Notes: generated by a model from the sequence alone, not told the origin. A DNA stretch of 63,070 bases, filler included, from Octopus bimaculoides (GCF_001194135.2; 6 parts of 6 records of this genome joined end to end with filler, not necessarily neighbours in it), one strand, 5' to 3'. Positions 1 through 14,847 are shown, counted from the first letter of the whole stretch. Numbers and translations: made by a program.

Positions 1-74
1 TCTCTCTCTCTCTCTCTCTGTCAGTATGTCTCTTTCTTTTTCTCTTCTCTCTCTCACACACAGACGTGCACACG

Positions 75-126
<52 letters not shown>

Positions 127-1567
127 CACACACACGCACACACACACACACACTTAAACACAAATGCCGAATGTTGTTTGCATAACGATGAATACCACAC
201 TCGCTTATGAACGCGAACTAATTTCCTGTGTAACTACTCAAGCTATACATTACAATACCAACTCTCAAGGGAAAACTTTCAATTTTTGTGAAAAGAAGGA
301 GGATACTATGAGCACCCTTTTGGATTGTATTATCCAATATACACATGAAGGTCATTCACACCGCATTTGCAAGCACCAGACTTATTTAAACGCAGTGTAT
401 TTTGTGAGTGGAGCACAGCATGAAATATATAGAAGATATGTATTACAACGTGATACTTGATGCACTATGAACATATTTTCCATACTGCATCAAATATCAC
501 CGGTAAATATTGTCCTGGTACCAGGCTTCATATGAGTCAAGAAGTCAGACAGCAGTTCTGCTCGAAGAGTAAAGGAAACTGAACGCAAGGAGACAGAACA
601 ACTCGAAACAGTGAAACCTCGTTATTTCCTCGCTAACCTCTCATGTTTCTTTGTTTACAGAGGTTGTCACCAATGACCAATAGGAGTATTGCAGCAGTGA
701 CAAAGATGAGAGAGCCTAGCCAGATGTTGCTTTTTATCCCTGACCGATACATTCATATTTTTTAGCGGTAATTATAATAATCGGTGTTATTTCATGCCGA
801 AAGAAATAACAGTAAGGGCATAGGATACTCGGGGACGGAAAATGATCAACGGAGAATCATCTCTACTTTTGAAATTTCAAGCCATGAGTTGATGAATAAA
901 AATATTCGAGATCCTTTTTGATTTAGAGTTCGTCCAACGACTTGTTTTTCAAACTATTTCTGTTTGGATTTTAACAAAGTAAGCTTCCTATTTAAATAGG
1001 AGCCTATTCTTTCTTTACTTTCTTCTTTCTTTTCTATTTCTTTTTTCTTTTTGAATTTAATAAGAAAGACGATATGCATGAATACATACACTTATTTCTG
1101 AAAAAGTTAAGAATGCGAGCTTCTCTATAGATATTGTAGCGTAGAGATATCTACAAGCTCTGTTGACCTTAGAAATTAAATAGAAATCAGGAACATATGG
1201 TTGAATTATTTCTGATGAGGGAAACTTTAACAACTTCTGATATTAAGATGGATTCACACGATTCCAAATGCTTTATACTGTAAAGAAATTTTTTGAATTT
1301 TTTATGTGGAAACTCTTATATGAACAGCGACTACAGGAATCAAATATGAAAACAAATATTATAAAAAAAAATAGTGCAAAATTTATTTCAAAATCTTCCA
1401 ACATATATCAATAAACAGATAGGTCTTGTAGGGGAAATGATTTTTGTCACTTCAAATATACTTCCAGAAAATGAATTTGTTTTTACTTTGATAATACATT
1501 AACAGTCTCTTTCTAGAAATACATTAGCTATCACATCATACGATAGGAGTAACTAAAAGATCTTAAG

Positions 1568-1728
1568 TGCAGGAGTGGCTGTGTGGTAAGTAGCTTGCTT
1601 ACCAATCACAAGGTTCCGGCTTCAGTCCCACTGCGTGGCACCTTGGGCAAGTGTCTTCTACTATAGCCTCGGGCCGACCAAAGCCTTGTGAGTGGATTTG
1701 GTAGACGGAAACTGGAAGAAGCCCATCG

Positions 1729-1802
<74 letters not shown>

Positions 1803-2025
1803 GTTGTGTGTATATGGTTGTGTGTCTGTGTTTGTCCCCTACCCCCAAACATCGTTTGACAACCGATGCTGTTGTGTTTACGTCCCAGTCACTTAGCGGT
1901 TCGACATGAGAGACCGATAGAATAAGTACTAGGCTTACAAAGAATAAGTCTTAGGGTCGATTTGCTCGACTAAAGGCGGTGCTCCAGCATGGCCGCAGTC
2001 AGATGACTGAAATAAATAAAAGAAT
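1568..2025 (+). mobile_element. Near full-length tRNA-derived SINE (family A, with internal (TA)n(TG)n microsatellite)
   Basis: tRNA-like head with A box (tggctgtgtggtaag) and B-box-like ggcttcagtcc. The same sequence recurs many times in the window in both orientations. Confidence 0.9.
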
Positions 2026-3132
2026 ACAGTTGATCGAATTTTATAGAAAAACACTTATTGGATTGCTTTATTTCGATCAATGATTGGTTTATGTCAATAT
2101 GATTAATTGGCCTGCAGTAGACTTAATACATAAACAATCAAGTTATGGTAAGCCTTTATGAAATGTATTAAATGTTTATTATTATCGACCACAGTTCAAA
2201 GTGTTGGAAGCTGAAGTATTTTCTAGTCATGTGGACGAAGATTTAACGATGAAGGTTTTGCAGTTATGAAAAGGAAATTGCAAGAGGAGATCATCAGGAA
2301 TTGTGAAACCTAGTATCTGTAGCTACTTGAGGCTTTTAATTGCGTTCACCCTATATTTGAGAGCGAGGCAGACAATATACAATGATTATGTCTGAGTGTA
2401 ACTGTAGGAGACAAAATGTTGACAAGTGTATAGTAAAAACAAAACAAAACGAAACAAAACAAAAAAACAACTATAACAACTTTCAAACTTATATTTCCAA
2501 CTATAAAACAAGTTCAGTTGGTATATCTTCTTCACAATAGAAATGAAAACAGAAGTATGTTCCGGTAGGATCTATAATATTTATGCTAGGAAGGCCAAAG
2601 GAGTCAGTTATTCAACTATTCCATCTATAAGTAATTCAACAAGGGATAGTCATTGCAGGAAAATGAAAGCCGCGAAATTTATGAAATATAGTAAGGTTAA
2701 TGAGAGAGTAAAGCGTACACGAGAGTGAGATGAAATGTGTAGCAGACCTCAGTATCATTATCGGAGAAGACATAACCACCACGAGAAAATGCAAAAACTA
2801 GTCAATAATGGAACCTTTTCGTGGTGACTCAAGATACAAGAAATAGCAGGTCAAAATCACACCTCAATAACGTCTTTATAAAAAGAGACTCATTGGATAG
2901 TGTATGTAATATTAGAGAGAATGTATCTGAATAGAAAGATAGACAGGATCATTACTAAAATAGATCATTTCGATCAGGGCTGATTAAGGGGTTAAGCAGC
3001 AACGTAAAAGCCTTAACTTACACAGACACATACATACGCTCACACGTAAAGACATACACACACAACACAAACATCCATCCATTCATCCATCCATCCATAC
3101 ATACATACATACAAACATACATGCATACACAG

Positions 3133-3165
<33 letters not shown>

Positions 3166-3617
3166 GATACATAGACATATATAATAAGCAAACACACATA
3201 CATATATGTGTTTGCTATGTTAACTCTATATTACAGTGCGGATTGTGAAAATGAAATTTGACTTCAACACTCTGTGTGACTAGTTAGGAATTTTACTGAG
3301 TTGAAATGAAACTGGGATTGACTTCTCTCATCGTCACTCAGAAGTCATGAACACTAGTACCATTATGTTAATTTGTCTAACCAGTGAATTATTTTCATAC
3401 AAAATGCCATGAATACATTAGTCAATCTAAGGTCTTAGTGGCCGTGAGTCAACAATGTTTCGTTGAGAATATCTGATAAGATTAACACGTAGTAACTGTA
3501 TCACACTAGATGTATATACACTTCTGAAATGCATGCTGCTGTGGTCTTTGTCTGAGGAAAATCTCTTCATAGAAATGGTGTGTCAAAATACACTATATCA
3601 CACACGCGCAGCCACAC

Positions 3618-3661
<44 letters not shown>

Positions 3662-5379
3662 NNNNNNNNNNNNNNNNNNNNNNNNNNNNNNNNNNNNNNN
3701 NNNNNNNNNNNNNNNNNNNNNNNNNNNNNNNNNNNNNNNNNNNNNNNNNNNNNNNNNNNNNNNNNNNNNNNNNNNNNNNNNNNNNNNNNNNNNNNNNNNN
3801 NNNNNNNNNNNNNNNNNNNNNNNNNNNNNNNNNNNNNNNNNNNNNNNNNNNNNNNNNNNNNNNNNNNNNNNNNNNNNNNNNNNNNNNNNNNNNNNNNNNN
3901 NNNNNNNNNNNNNNNNNNNNNNNNNNNNNNNNNNNNNNNNNNNNNNNNNNNNNNNNNNNNNNNNNNNNNNNNNNNNNNNNNNNNNNNNNNNNNNNNNNNN
4001 NNNNNNNNNNNNNNNNNNNNNNNNNNNNNNNNNNNNNNNNNNNNNNNNNNNNNNNNNNNNNNNNNNNNNNNNNNNNNNNNNNNNNNNNNNNNNNNNNNNN
4101 NNNNNNNNNNNNNNNNNNNNNNNNNNNNNNNNNNNNNNNNNNNNNNNNNNNNNNNNNNNNNNNNNNNNNNNNNNNNNNNNNNNNNNNNNNNNNNNNNNNN
4201 NNNNNNNNNNNNNNNNNNNNNNNNNNNNNNNNNNNNNNNNNNNNNNNNNNNNNNNNNNNNNNNNNNNNNNNNNNNNNNNNNNNNNNNNNNNNNNNNNNNN
4301 NNNNNNNNNNNNNNNNNNNNNNNNNNNNNNNNNNNNNNNNNNNNNNNNNNNNNNNNNNNNNNNNNNNNNNNNNNNNNNNNNNNNNNNNNNNNNNNNNNNN
4401 NNNNNNNNNNNNNNNNNNNNNNNNNNNNNNNNNNNNNNNNNNNNNNNNNNNNNNNNNNNNNNNNNNNNNNNNNNNNNNNNNNNNNNNNNNNNNNNNNNNN
4501 NNNNNNNNNNNNNNNNNNNNNNNNNNNNNNNNNNNNNNNNNNNNNNNNNNNNNNNNNNNNNNNNNNNNNNNNNNNNNNNNNNNNNNNNNNNNNNNNNNNN
4601 NNNNNNNNNNNNNNNNNNNNNNNNNNNNNNNNNNNNNNNNNNNNNNNNNNNNNTATATATATATAAACAATATATGAGTATATGCATATATATGTACATG
4701 TATGTATATACCTTCATCCACATGTACATATAGATACATAACTGGGTACATGACGTGGCAAAAGAACATGGACAAAATAGTAAACAAGGTGCAACAAACA
4801 AGCAGGCCACATAGAAACATCTCATTCATCATATATATATATATGTATGTATGTATATTTCGAGGTAAAACGGATATACACGCAGCAGTGACTTGTAGAA
4901 ACAGACGTGCTTCACCTTTTTTGAGGCTTGTCACTGACTTGTATTTTATCACATGCGGTTTATGACAAATAGGTGTACAACATTGACAGGCCTTAAGAAA
5001 AGTGAAATGTCTCTTATGTTCTCGTGAGTCACTGCTGCTACGATGTCCGTTTTGCTTTTATTATACCACCCTATTGATTTAAAGAATACGTCATTATTAC
5101 TGCAAAAAGAAAGAGGAGACGATAAGTTGACAGAACTGACAGAACGTCGGAATTCTTTGCGATATTTGTGCTGCCTCTTTACATTTCGGGTTCAAATCCT
5201 GTCACAGTCAGCTTTGCCTTTCATCTCCTTCGGAGACCACTCAAGTATTAGATCAAGTTAATTTACTAATTGACAAAATACAGACCAGTCAAATACTGGA
5301 TCGAGTTAACTGACTAATCCTTTCCCCAATCTTCTAGCCTTGTGATTATGTTAGAAATTATAACTTAAAATAGAAATGT

Positions 5380-5489
5380 AGCAAGATTGGCACGGGTGGA
5401 ACCGCCAAGTTACGGGAAAGTAAACACGCTAACACTGGCTGTCAAGCGGTGGAAGTGACGAGGCAAACACAGACACAAAGACATGCGCG

Positions 5490-5536
<47 letters not shown>

Positions 5537-5966
5537 TTATTTATATATATATAGATATAGATATATATATATATATATATATGTATGTGTATATATATAT
5601 ATATATATACTTTGTCTGAGGAAAATCTCTTCATAGAAATGGTGTGTCAAAATACNNNNNNNNNNNNNNNNNNNNNNNNNNNNNNNNNNNNNNNNNNNNN
5701 NNNNNNNNNNNNNNNNNNNNNNNNNNNNNNNNNNNNNNNNNNNNNNNNNNNNNNNNNNNNNNNNNNNNNNNNNNNNNNNNNNNNNNNNNNNNNNNNNNNN
5801 NNNNNNNNNNNNNNNNNNNNNNNNNNNNNNNNNNNNNNNNNNNNNNNNNNNNNNNNNNNNNNNNNNNNNNNNNNNNNNNNNNNNNNNNNNNNNNNNNNNN
5901 NNNNNNNNNNNNNNNNNNNNNNNNNNNNNNNNNNNNNNNNNNNNNNNNNNNNNNNNNNNNNNNNNN

Positions 5967-6009
<43 letters not shown>

Positions 6010-6140
6010 CGACGGGCTTCTTTCAGCTTTGGTCGGTTCGAGCCTATAATAGAAGACACTTGCTCATGGTGCTACTACGCAGTGGGATTGAACTTGCAAC
6101 CATGTGGTTGGGAAACAAACTTCTTATCACACAGCCACGG
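5380..6140 (-). mobile_element. SINE family A copy, degenerate, interrupted by a gap
   Basis: Reverse complement matches the 3' body (5394-5482) and head (6011-6140) of the 1568-2025 element. Confidence 0.75.
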
Positions 6141-6506
6141 ATAGCAACGAGCACCGTCACCACCGCCAGCAGGTACAACAACAACAGCGTGTTCGAGATA
6201 TTTGGAATTCTCATCTATTTATTTTTACCCTTTCAAATTTCATCATACACTTGTAGCGCTTGTCATCCAGTAAAAGCAAAATGACTGTGGAAATTAGGCC
6301 AATATACGTTGTGTGACCTTGTTCCCTGATTATGGTAGATAAACCACGGGAATATTTCCGGTCAGAAATATGAAATTACTGCAGCAGACATACATTCCAA
6401 CAGATACATTCACAAAATCACAGAAGAGAGAATACTTTTGAATATGCAACTGCTAGTGTTATTAGTATGACTATCGTAATCACTCGTTACCCATATCCTC
6501 CCTACC

Positions 6507-6542
<36 letters not shown>

Positions 6543-7020
6543 ATCTGTTCTGCCCTTCCCTCTCGTTCTACATAACTACCTCTCTGTTACAATATGGGTG
6601 CGAACATACATACATACATACATACACAAGCATATTAGTAGATATCCCTTGAAGAAATGAGTAATGAATAGTCAGTTCTATAGGGAGGATGTGTGTGTGT
6701 GTGTATGAGTGCATATGTGTGTCTGCGACTATGTATGTATATATACATAAGTGTTTATGTATAATAGCTATGTATACATAAACATACACATTTAAAACCT
6801 ATATATGTGTGAATAGTTGACATACTTTTCTACTCAATACTCAGCTAACAAAATGTCCTATCAGTAAAGACAATACTGTAGCAGCAAATTGCTTTTGATG
6901 TACATGTCAGAGAGCTGGACAAACAGAGATAGACATACTGCTAGCTACTTTAAAGTATGTATGGATGTATGTAAGTATGTGTGTGTGTGTATACATACAT
7001 ACATGTATAGATATGCAGGG

Positions 7021-7120
7021 NNNNNNNNNNNNNNNNNNNNNNNNNNNNNNNNNNNNNNNNNNNNTTAATTAATTAANNNNNNNNNNNNNNNNNNNNNNNN
7101 NNNNNNNNNNNNNNNNNNNN
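7021..7120. other. Assembly gap with artificial TTAATTAATTAA spacer (also 30264-75, 32383-94, 49605-16, 60559-70)
   Basis: The same 12-mer palindrome, with stops in all six frames, is centred in 44N+12+44N = 100-bp gaps five times. Confidence 0.95.
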
Positions 7121-7378
7121 GAAAGCTCCAAGCTGTCTCTTAAGCGTCCATTACCTTGTCACACAACACCACAACACTGACGGCAGTATCTTCGTTTGTT
7201 TAACTCAAAGATGTCTGGCAATATATATCAGACCGAGAGACATTTACGCACACCGATATAGCTTAATACACACGCACGCACAAGCACACGCACGCACATA
7301 CATACTTACATGCACACACACATATATACATGCATACATACATACATACATACATACATACATACATACTTAATACAT

Positions 7379-8175
7379 ACATGGTATGATGGGTAAATCG
7401 TCACCATTTTATATATTTAATTTCGCGCATACGAATTGTTTTTTCTATTTTGTCGACTACACAGTATAGTAGGGTCAGTTGGGCACAATCTGCGAGAAAA
7501 AACAGTACCATGCGTAATTCATTCTGCCAGAAATTTGGAAACGGATGCTGTACTGTTTGGCATTCGCGCCGGAAGCTCCAATACGAACAATTCAGCGTGT
7601 TTGGGTGTAAATTCGAGGACAGTGCAGAAGATTCAGAAAGAGTTGGATGAATGTAATGGTGACTACGAAGGTGTTTGGAGTGATCACTAGTGATGGCGAT
7701 GTTATGCTTCTATTCTTCTTCCCACACAGCCTCAGACTCAACAGGGATGCCTACATCAAGTGCCTGGAGGAGGTAGTGCTGCCCTGGGTCAAGAAGGTGG
7801 GTGCTGGAAGACCCTATGTCTGGCAACAGGTCTTTGCACCATGCCAAACGAGGAGAACCCAATCATGAATGTCAGACAATTTCTGCGACTACATCACCCC
7901 TAACATCCCCAGACTGCAAACCCCTTCATTATTATGTGAGAGATGCAGTTGAGCGAGAGACCAACAAAACTCCTTGTAACACCAAAGATGAGCTGAAGAT
8001 AAGGATTATGGAAGCATTCGCCAACTTAAACCAAGAGACCGTCCAAAAGAGTTGCAGGCGAATAGCGATTTTATTAAATCAATTTGCTCTTTAGTATTTC
8101 AAGATATTTTTAAATATTATTTTGGTAAATATGTCTGTTAAAATGAGATGTCAGTTTTATTTACATTTTAGCGTA
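7379..8175 (+). mobile_element. Internally deleted Tc1/mariner (maT/DD37D-like) transposase remnant
   Basis: HTH-like start (AVLFGIRAGSSNTNNSACLGVNSRTVQKI) is fused directly to the catalytic region VFGVITSDGDVM...YVWQQ(VF)APC...SPDCKPLHYYV...TKDELK. Stops and frameshifts are present. Confidence 0.8.
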
Positions 8176-8194
8176 ATTTAGACGTCACACCAAC

Positions 8195-8390
8195 GGCAGT
8201 TAGTAAGCGGCGGGAGGACAAATGCACACACACACACACGTGCGCGCGCGCGCGGCAGCCTGCTTTCAGTTTCCGTCTATCAAATTCACTCACAAGTCTT
8301 TAGTCGGCCCAAAGCTATAGCGGAAAACATTTGCATGTAGTGGGACTGAACCCGGAACCACGTGGTTGGGAAGTAAATTTCTTACCACTC
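8195..8390 (-). mobile_element. SINE family A fragment
   Basis: Reverse complement of the head and body (gggactgaacccggaaccacgtggttggg...). Confidence 0.8.
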
Positions 8391-8535
8391 ACTCACAACT
8401 GCTCCCCACCACATATATATGTATGTATGCTTGTGTGTGTATGTGTGTGTGTGTTTATTGTATAGGTGACTCCATATACATACATAGATGCAAAAATACA
8501 CACAAACACATTGATAGACAGACAGGTAGAGAGAA

Positions 8536-8577
<42 letters not shown>

Positions 8578-9023
8578 GTTTCAGGGTGCATATAGATATT
8601 TATACACATGTATCTGTATACACGTACTTGTGTATACACACACACATAACGAACCCACATACATACGCGTACATATATATATAGTGCTGTAATATTTCGC
8701 ACCTCCAATTAAGAGAGCCTACTGGCGATGTGTGTGCCTGATTAGTATGCAGTCTTTTCCCCCAACGTATTTCCTGTTAGCCATATTGTTAACCACCATT
8801 AACCTGAACAGCAGCAGTTCATTTCAAAACATCCCATTTCCGATTCTTGCTTCCATCCATCAATACTGGAACTCTGGGACAAGACATTTCTTCCTTCAGA
8901 TCTATCTACTTATCGCCATAAATCTTGTAAATTGGTTAGCGTTAGTCTAAATTATCTTTTCTCTCCTGATGGGATTGGTATATAAGGTTTTCAATAGTAT
9001 TTAGTAGTTGTTATGTACAAAGG

Positions 9024-9345
9024 TACAGGCGTGGCTCTGCGGTAAGATGCTTGCTTCCCAACCATATGGTCTTGGGTTCAGTCCAAGTACACGGAACCTT
9101 AAGGCAAGTCTTTTTCACTATAGCTCTGGGCCGACCAAAGCTTTGTAACGAATTTGATAGACCAAAACTGAAAGTAACCCGTCGTATGTGTGTGTGTGTG
9201 TATGTGTGTATGGGGTAAGTAGCTTGCTTACCAACCACATAGTCCTGGGTTCAGTGCCACTCGCCCAGGGTGCCACGCAGTAGGACTGAACCCGGAACCA
9301 TATGGCTGGTTAGCAAGCTACTTACCACAGAGCCACTCCTGCGCC
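9024..9345. mobile_element. Cluster of three SINE family A 5' fragments (+, +, -)
   Basis: Heads at about 9024 (+), 9214 (+) and 9268-9345 (-). The last two are mutually inverted. Confidence 0.85.
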
Positions 9346-10279
9346 TATATATATATATATATNNNNNNNNNNNNNNNNNNNNNNNNNNNNNNNNNNNNNN
9401 NNNNNNNNNNNNNNNNNNNNNNNNNNNNNNNNNNNNNNNNNNNNNNNNNNNNNNNNNNNNNNNNNNNNNNNNNNNNNNNNNNNNNNNNNNNNNNNNNNNN
9501 NNNNNNNNNNNNNNNNNNNNNNNNNNNNNNNNNNNNNNNNNNNNNNNNNNNNNNNNNNNNNNNNNNNNNNNNNNNNNNNNNNNNNNNNNNNNNNNNNNNN
9601 NNNNNNNNNNNNNNNNNNNNNNNNNNNNNNNNNNNNNNNNNNNNNNNNNNNNNNNNNNNNNNNNNNNNNNNNNNNNNNNNNNNNNNNNNNNNNNNNNNNN
9701 NNNNNNNNNNNNNNNNNNNNNNNNNNNNNNNNNNNNNNNNNNNNNNNNNNNNNNNNNNNNNNNNNNNNNNNNNNNNNNNNNNNNNNNNNNNNNNNNNNNN
9801 NNNNNNNNNNNNNNNNNNNNNNNNNNNNNNNNNNNNNNNNNNNNNNNNNNNNNNNNNNNNNNNNNNNNNNNNNNNNNNNNNNNNNNNNNNNNNNNNNNNN
9901 NNNNNNNNNNNNNNNNNNNNNNNNNNNNNNNNNNNNNNNNNNNNNNNNNNNNNNNNNNNNNNNNNNNNNNNNNNNNNNNNNNNNNNNNNNNNNNNNNNNN
10001 NNNNNNNNNNNNNNNNNNNNNNNNNNNNNNNNNNNNNNNNNNNNNNNNNNNNNNNNNNNNNNNNNNNNNNNNNNNNNNNNNNNNNNNNNNNNNNNNNNNN
10101 NNNNNNNNNNNNNNNNNNNNNNNNNNNNNNNNNNNNNNNNNNNNNNNNNNNNNNNNNNNNNNNNNNNNNNNNNNNNNNNNNNNNNNNNNNNNNNNNNNNN
10201 NNNNNNNNNNNNNNNNNNNNNNNNNNNNNNNNNNCCTCTCTACTTCGTCATATTAGAACTCTCTCTCTCTCTCTCTCCT

Positions 10280-10311
<32 letters not shown>

Positions 10312-10454
10312 GCTCTCTCTCAGTATCTTTGCTAATATCTCTATATATCTCTCACTCCCAAACTTTCCATTCATTGGTCTATGTATGTATGTATGCATGT
10401 ATGCATGTATGCATGTGTGTATGTATGTATCTGACTGTTTGTCTGTCTGTCTGT

Positions 10455-10493
<39 letters not shown>

Positions 10494-10931
10494 NNNNNNN
10501 NNNAGAGGGGGGGGGGAACAAAAAGAGTTGGATATTTCGAAGTAGAAAGGGCGATAGAGATGAACACAAAGAAATTATTAAAAGAAAGAAGCGAAAAAAG
10601 AAAGAAAGCGAATGAACTCAGAGACAAAGACGATAGAGATGAGAATCTCATTCTATGTTTTGGTGAATTCTACCAGCTGCGCTATTCTTTCAAGAACGGA
10701 AGCTGTTGACTGTCTTGTAGTATCATTCTTGTGTTCCGCTATCTTACTGAAGAACTTAACACGGAAAACGAAAAGAAGATACAAGAAGTGAATGACCGTC
10801 TGGACATAGAATGATGCAGTTTGTTTGCAGCAACAAGTTTAAACCCTGAAAAGCTCCACACTCCAACTTCCACATGTTTCTCTCTCTTTCTCTCAGCCTT
10901 TCTCTGCCTGTCTATATATCTCTGTCTCCTC

Positions 10932-10963
<32 letters not shown>

Positions 10964-11779
10964 CATATATATATNNNNNNNNNNNNNNNNNNNNNNNNNN
11001 NNNNNNNNNNNNNNNNNNNNNNNNNNNNNNNNNNNNNNNNNNNNNNNNNNNNNNNNNNNNNNNNNNNNNNNNNNNNNNNNNNNNNNNNNNNNNNNNNNNN
11101 NNNNNNNNNNNNNNNNNNNNNNNNNNNNNNNNNNNNNNNNNNNNNNNNNNNNNNNNNNNNNNNNNNNNNNNNNNNNNNNNNNNNNNNNNNNNNNNNNNNN
11201 NNNNNNNNNNNNNNNNNNNNNNNNNNNNNNNNNNNNNNNNNNNNNNNNNNNNNNNNNNNACACACACACACACACACACATATGTATATACATGTGTGTG
11301 TAAGTTTTCCCTTTTTTCGCCTTGTCTTCACTATTTTGATATTTTACTTAATCACAATGCTTCAAGCAAGCTACAAATCTCTAAAAGAAAAAAAAAATAA
11401 TAATAATGAAACTAAAATCTTCATGAACGGCGAGATAAATGATTGCGAATGGCTAATCTTTGATTCAGAATGGTAAACCAAATGATTATTAATGGATAAA
11501 TTTTGATTATAAATGGCCAGTTAACTGGTTATGTATGGCTACGCTTTGGTTACAAATGGTTGACTCATGAATGACTAAACGTAGGTTACAAAATGACTAA
11601 TGTTTGATTATAAATGACAGACGTTTGATTTTCTCTTTCCCTCTCTTTATGTGCCATGCCTCAAGGTGTCGGCATTCAAAGACTGTCATGACAAAGTATG
11701 AAGATTCATGATTTTTCTTGGGACATATACAACCGTGGTTTCTTGTCGCCTTGTGCCGAGTTATTTACGGTTTACTATT

Positions 11780-12105
11780 GCTCAGTGGTTAGAGCGTCGG
11801 GCTCACATTCACGAGGTAGCGAGTTCGATTCCAGGACTGGGCTATGTATTTTGTTCTTGAGCAAGATACTTTATTGCACGCTGCTCTCCAGCTCACTCAG
11901 CTGTAGAAATGAGTTGCGACGTCACTGGTGCCAAACTGTATCGGCCCCTTTGCCTTTCCCTTGGATAACATCAGTGGCGTAGAGAGATGAGGCTGATATG
12001 CATGGTTGACTGCTAGTCTTCCATAAACAAACTTGTCCGGACTTGTGCTTTGGAGGGGAACTTTGTAGGTGCAAACCCATGGTCATTCATGACCGAAGGG
12101 GATCC
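11780..12105 (+). mobile_element. tRNA-derived SINE (distinct family)
   Basis: A box (ctcagtggttagagc) and B box (gagttcgattcc), followed by tgttcttgagcaag; a similar head occurs at about 35100-35200. Confidence 0.75.
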
Positions 12106-12294
12106 TCATTCTCTTGTATCCTGTTTCCTTAAGCATACATTGAGGCATAAAATATATATAACCATTAGGTAGCGGTGAGTGATCGGCTCATATGACATCA
12201 GGTGACATTCAGTCACAGGTGGATCAGTGTGACAGATGTCTAGGGAAGCAGATTTCTATCTATCTATCTATCTATCTATCTACTTGTCTGTCTA

Positions 12295-12373
<79 letters not shown>

Positions 12374-13243
12374 NNNNNNNNNNNNNNNNNNNNNNNNNNN
12401 NNNNNNNNNNNNNNNNNNNNNNNNNNNNNNNNNNNNNNNNNNNNNNNNNNNNNNNNNNNNNNNNNNNNNNNNNNNNNNNNNNNNNNNNNNNNNNNNNNNN
12501 NNNNNNNNNNNNNNNNNNNNNNNNNNNNNNNNNNNNNNNNNNNNNNNNNNNNNNNNNNNNNNNNNNNNNNNNNNNNNNNNNNNNNNNNNNNNNNNNNNNN
12601 NNNNNNNNNNNNNNNNNNNNNNNNNNNNNNNNNNNNNNNNNNNNNNNNNNNNNNNNNNNNNNNNNNNNNNNNNNNNNNNNNNNNNNNNNNNNNNNNNNNN
12701 NNNNNNNNNNNNNNNNNNNNNNNNNNNNNNNNNNNNNNNNNNNNNNNNNNNNNNNNNNNNNNNNNNNNNNNNNNNNNNNNNNNNNNNNNNNNNNNNNNNN
12801 NNNNNNNNNNNNNNNNNNNNNNNNNNNNNNNNNNNNNNNNNNNNNNNNNNNNNNNNNNNNNNNNNNNNNNNNNNNNNNNNNNNNNNNNNNNNNNNNNNNN
12901 NNNNNNNNNNNNNNNNNNNNNNNNNNNNNNNNNNNNNNNNNNNNNNNNNNNNNNNNNNNNNNNNNNNNNNNNNNNNNNNNNNNNNNNNNNNNNNNNNNNN
13001 NNNNNNNNNNNNNNNNNNNNNNNNNNNNNNNNNNNNNNNNNNNNNNNNNNNNNNNNNNNNNNNNNNNNNNNNNNNNNNNNNNNNNNNNAGCTTTTGTTCA
13101 GGTTAATTGGTATTTTAAAATATTTTGGAATTAAAAAAAAAAAAAAGAAGATTTCGGTCGTAACGCATTGAGATCAACTGTCGCACTTCATATGAATTTG
13201 TGTATGTGACCATGTTTGGCGCTATCTGGTGTTTCAGTGCGCG

Positions 13244-13277
<34 letters not shown>

Positions 13278-14278
13278 TTATAATGCGCATATATTCTTGT
13301 CTGTCTCAGTGCTTTGGTCTAAAGACATAGTTTGCGGTCGAGGAAGAAATATCAGCGTAGGTTTGTATACCGTTTTTAGCGTATTTACGATTGTGAATGC
13401 ACGCCGTGTGGTTAGAAGCGTGTATTTGGTGGTATACAAACAGAGTGAGAGCAATCACAGACGTATTCATTCGCTCAGATTTTAATTGTTGTTTAGTGAT
13501 TTTTTTGTTTGTTTTTGTTTTTGAAATGCAGTCTTGATCAAAATTAAACACCTTAGGATAGAAGGTTATTTCGGTGAACGAGGGAAAAAAAATCATGCAG
13601 AATAAAGAGCGAAAGAAAGAACGAAAAGAATGAATGAAGTGAAGAAAAATAAAAGACAGACTGTTATTTCCAAAGATATAAAAGACTGATTTATACGTAG
13701 GAACTATATATATATATATATATGTATATACATATATATATATAGATATATATATATATAGATATAGATATATATAATGAGTGTGTGTGTGTGTGTGTGT
13801 ATGTGTGTTTGCATATCTGTAAAACATTAGAATATTAAATATCAATAATAAACAAAATAATATTATAGTAATTATGATCAAATGCAACGTGAAATATCTT
13901 TTATAGTACAATGAAAGAAAAACAAGACATGTCTGTACNNNNNNNNNNNNNNNNNNNNNNNNNNNNNNNNNNNNNNNNNNNNNNNNNNNNNNNNNNNNNN
14001 NNNNNNNNNNNNNNNNNNNNNNNNNNNNNNNNNNNNNNNNNNNNNNNNNNNNNNNNNNNNNNNNNNNNNNNNNNNNNNNNNNNNNNNNNNNNNNNNNNNN
14101 NNNNNNNNNNNNNNNNNNNNNNNNNNNNNNNNNNNNNNNNNNNNNNNNNNNNNNNNNNNNNNNNNNNNNNNNNNNNNNNNNNNNNNNNNNNNNNNNNNNN
14201 NNNNNNNNNNNNNNNNNNNNNNNNNNNNNNNNNNNNNTATAAATAGATATAAATAGATATAGATATAGATATATACAT

Positions 14279-14363
<85 letters not shown>

Positions 14364-14585
14364 CATACATATATATACATATATATAGATATATATATGC
14401 ACATGTATATGTACTGATATTCATTATTAGTAGCAGTAGTAGCAGCAGCAGCAGCAACTAGAATACTAAGTGCAGTTAGAACCTGGAGCTAGAAATGAAT
14501 AACCAATCTTATGGAGACAATGGTATTGGATCAGTAATTTAACAGATCTTTGCTAGAATACATTTATACATATGTATATGCATAC

Positions 14586-14634
<49 letters not shown>

Positions 14635-14768
14635 TGTATATGCATATGTATGTATGTATATATGCATATGTATGTATATATGCATATATTCATTTGCAAT
14701 TATATCTGTGTTTGCGTGTATTTGTATAAAAGAACCTTCTCAGACGGAGAAAGCAGTGACATACATTC

Positions 14769-14847
<79 letters not shown>

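Noticed and set aside
1212-1225. CTGATGAGGGAAAC hammerhead-like core
   Set aside because: No room or pairing for stem II, and no matching stems I or III.
5610-5655. Exact 46-bp copy of 3546-3591
   Set aside because: It starts in a (TA)n run and ends at a gap edge, typical of a contig-end mis-extension.
7065-7076. Palindrome TTAATTAATTAA recurring five times in the window
   Set aside because: Always centred in exactly 100-bp N gaps and stops all six frames, so it is an assembly spacer.
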